Position numbers and translations under genes: made by a program | The notes under the pieces: model-generated | What the model was told of the DNA's origin: nothing | What the model saw: only the letters and a program-made list of their open reading frames with translations | Databases searched by the model: none | NCBI GenBank assembly: GCA_017460915.1 | Contig: JAFUAA010000049.1 | Span: 18,547 to 82,546 of the forward strand | Reading direction: 5' to 3' | DNA length: 64,000 nt | Source: Bacteroidales bacterium | GTDB taxonomy: Bacteria > Bacteroidota > Bacteroidia > Bacteroidales > F082 | Shown: positions 63,272-64,000 of the stretch, piece by piece | How the letters are laid out: each line of letters opens with the position of its first letter | How positions within the stretch are numbered: position 1 is the first letter of the stretch

Positions 63272-64000
63272 TTATTTCACCACCACCTTGTCCACGCGCA
63301 CTTGTGTGCCCGTGGTGAGACGCAGGAAGTAGACGCCCTTGGTCATGTCACTGACGTTGATTTGCGTGTTGCCGTTGGCGGTGCCGTTGGCCACCAGCTG
63401 GCCCATGCCGTTGTACATCGCATAGGTGTACTGGGCATTGCCGCCTTCGATGTTCAGCGTGCTGTTGACAGGGTTAGGATAGATGCTGACTTGTTCGAGG
63501 TTTTCCTCAATGCCCGTCGTGAAGTCCACCTGGACGCACTCAGGTGCCGAAACGCCGCCGTCGGCATAGACAGCCGTGACGCAATAGGTGTAAACCATCT
63601 CGGTCATCACTTGGTCGGTGAAGTTGGCTTCAGTGACTTCGCCTAAAGCGATGCCATTACGCGTAATGCTGTAGGAAACAGCGCCTTCGGGAGCCGTCCA
63701 GTCCAAAGTGACAGTGTTGCCTTGCATGGCAGCGGTCAGGTTGTCGACAGGATTGTAGACTGAAGTGGTGCCGCCACCGCAGTTGCAGGTGAATTGATGC
63801 GTCCAGCCGGAACCGAGGCCTGAGGATTGGTAGATGACATCGCCACCTTCGTAACGAACCGTGAAGGAGCATTCTTCAGTCCATTGTCCGTTGATCCAGC
63901 TCATGCTGACAACGACACCGTTGCCGATTTCAAGGGTATAGGTTTCGCTGAATCCGTTGGAAACGGTCATGTTTTGCGAAGGCGTACCATCACTGAAGTT
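63272..64000 (-). CDS. T9SS C-terminal-domain protein, 3' part (continues beyond window end)
   Basis: Frame stays open to the window edge. Alignable to the last ~245 aa of the C25 protease. CTD ends ..GVYFLRLTTGTQVRVDKVVVK. Confidence 0.7.
   Translation of the reverse strand, partial: NFSDGTPSQNMTVSNGFSETYTLEIGNGVVVSMSWINGQWTEECSFTVRYEGGDVIYQSSGLGSGWTHQFTCNCGGGTTSVYNPVDNLTAAMQGNTVTLDWTAPEGAVSYSITRNGIALGEVTEANFTDQVMTEMVYTYCVTAVYADGGVSAPECVQVDFTTGIEENLEQVSIYPNPVNSTLNIEGGNAQYTYAMYNGMGQLVANGTANGNTQINVSDMTKGVYFLRLTTGTQVRVDKVVVK

Overview
All homology calls here are by-eye motif recognition. No database search or folding program was run. Coordinates of non-ORF features may be off by 1-2 nt.

The window looks like a Bacteroidota chromosome. 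Evidence: T9SS C-terminal sorting domains, a TonB-dependent receptor with DUF4249 partners, TAnnTTTG -7 promoter boxes, and tight or overlapping gene junctions.

Host genes include:
- a tricorn-like protease (5' truncated by the window edge)
- GH20-like and GH2 glycosidases
- cutC
- an ECF sigma / anti-sigma pair
- lgt
- a DUF2723 membrane protein
- a CsgG/DUF4810/DUF799 lipoprotein operon
- tRNA-Gln(UUG) followed by rimP-nusA-infB
- a TonB-dependent receptor with two DUF4249 genes
- a C25 (gingipain-like) T9SS protease
- a TerB/J-domain protein
- an AAA/PD-(D/E)XK protein

The main feature is a Mu-like transposable element of about 19.4 kb (roughly 18949-38398), inserted between the ECF sigma gene and lgt. 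It carries:
- a repressor / Ner-like switch
- MuA-like and MuB-like transposition genes
- GemA-like and Gam genes
- many small zinc-finger ORFs
- a complete diversity-generating retroelement (DGR)

The DGR consists of an RT at 22931-24274, a TR at 24420-24537, and a VR at 24753-24870 in the 3' end of a 1067-aa target gene. TR and VR differ at 9 positions, and every one is a template adenine.

The element has no recognisable terminase, portal, capsid or tail module, and no Avd gene. Its RT carries an extra C-terminal domain. A degenerate tRNA-like sequence with a CUUCAAA loop sits just upstream of the transposase gene. The mom-equivalent end carries an uncharacterised module: an ABC-ATPase-GNAT fusion plus a formyltransferase-fold protein.

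The host part also contains:
- several decayed genes: a radical SAM/SPASM gene, a zeta-toxin-like gene, a DUF4143 ATPase paralog and a small secreted-protein gene
- palindromic MITE/REP-like repeats
- a GC-rich repeat embedded in frame in the GH2 gene
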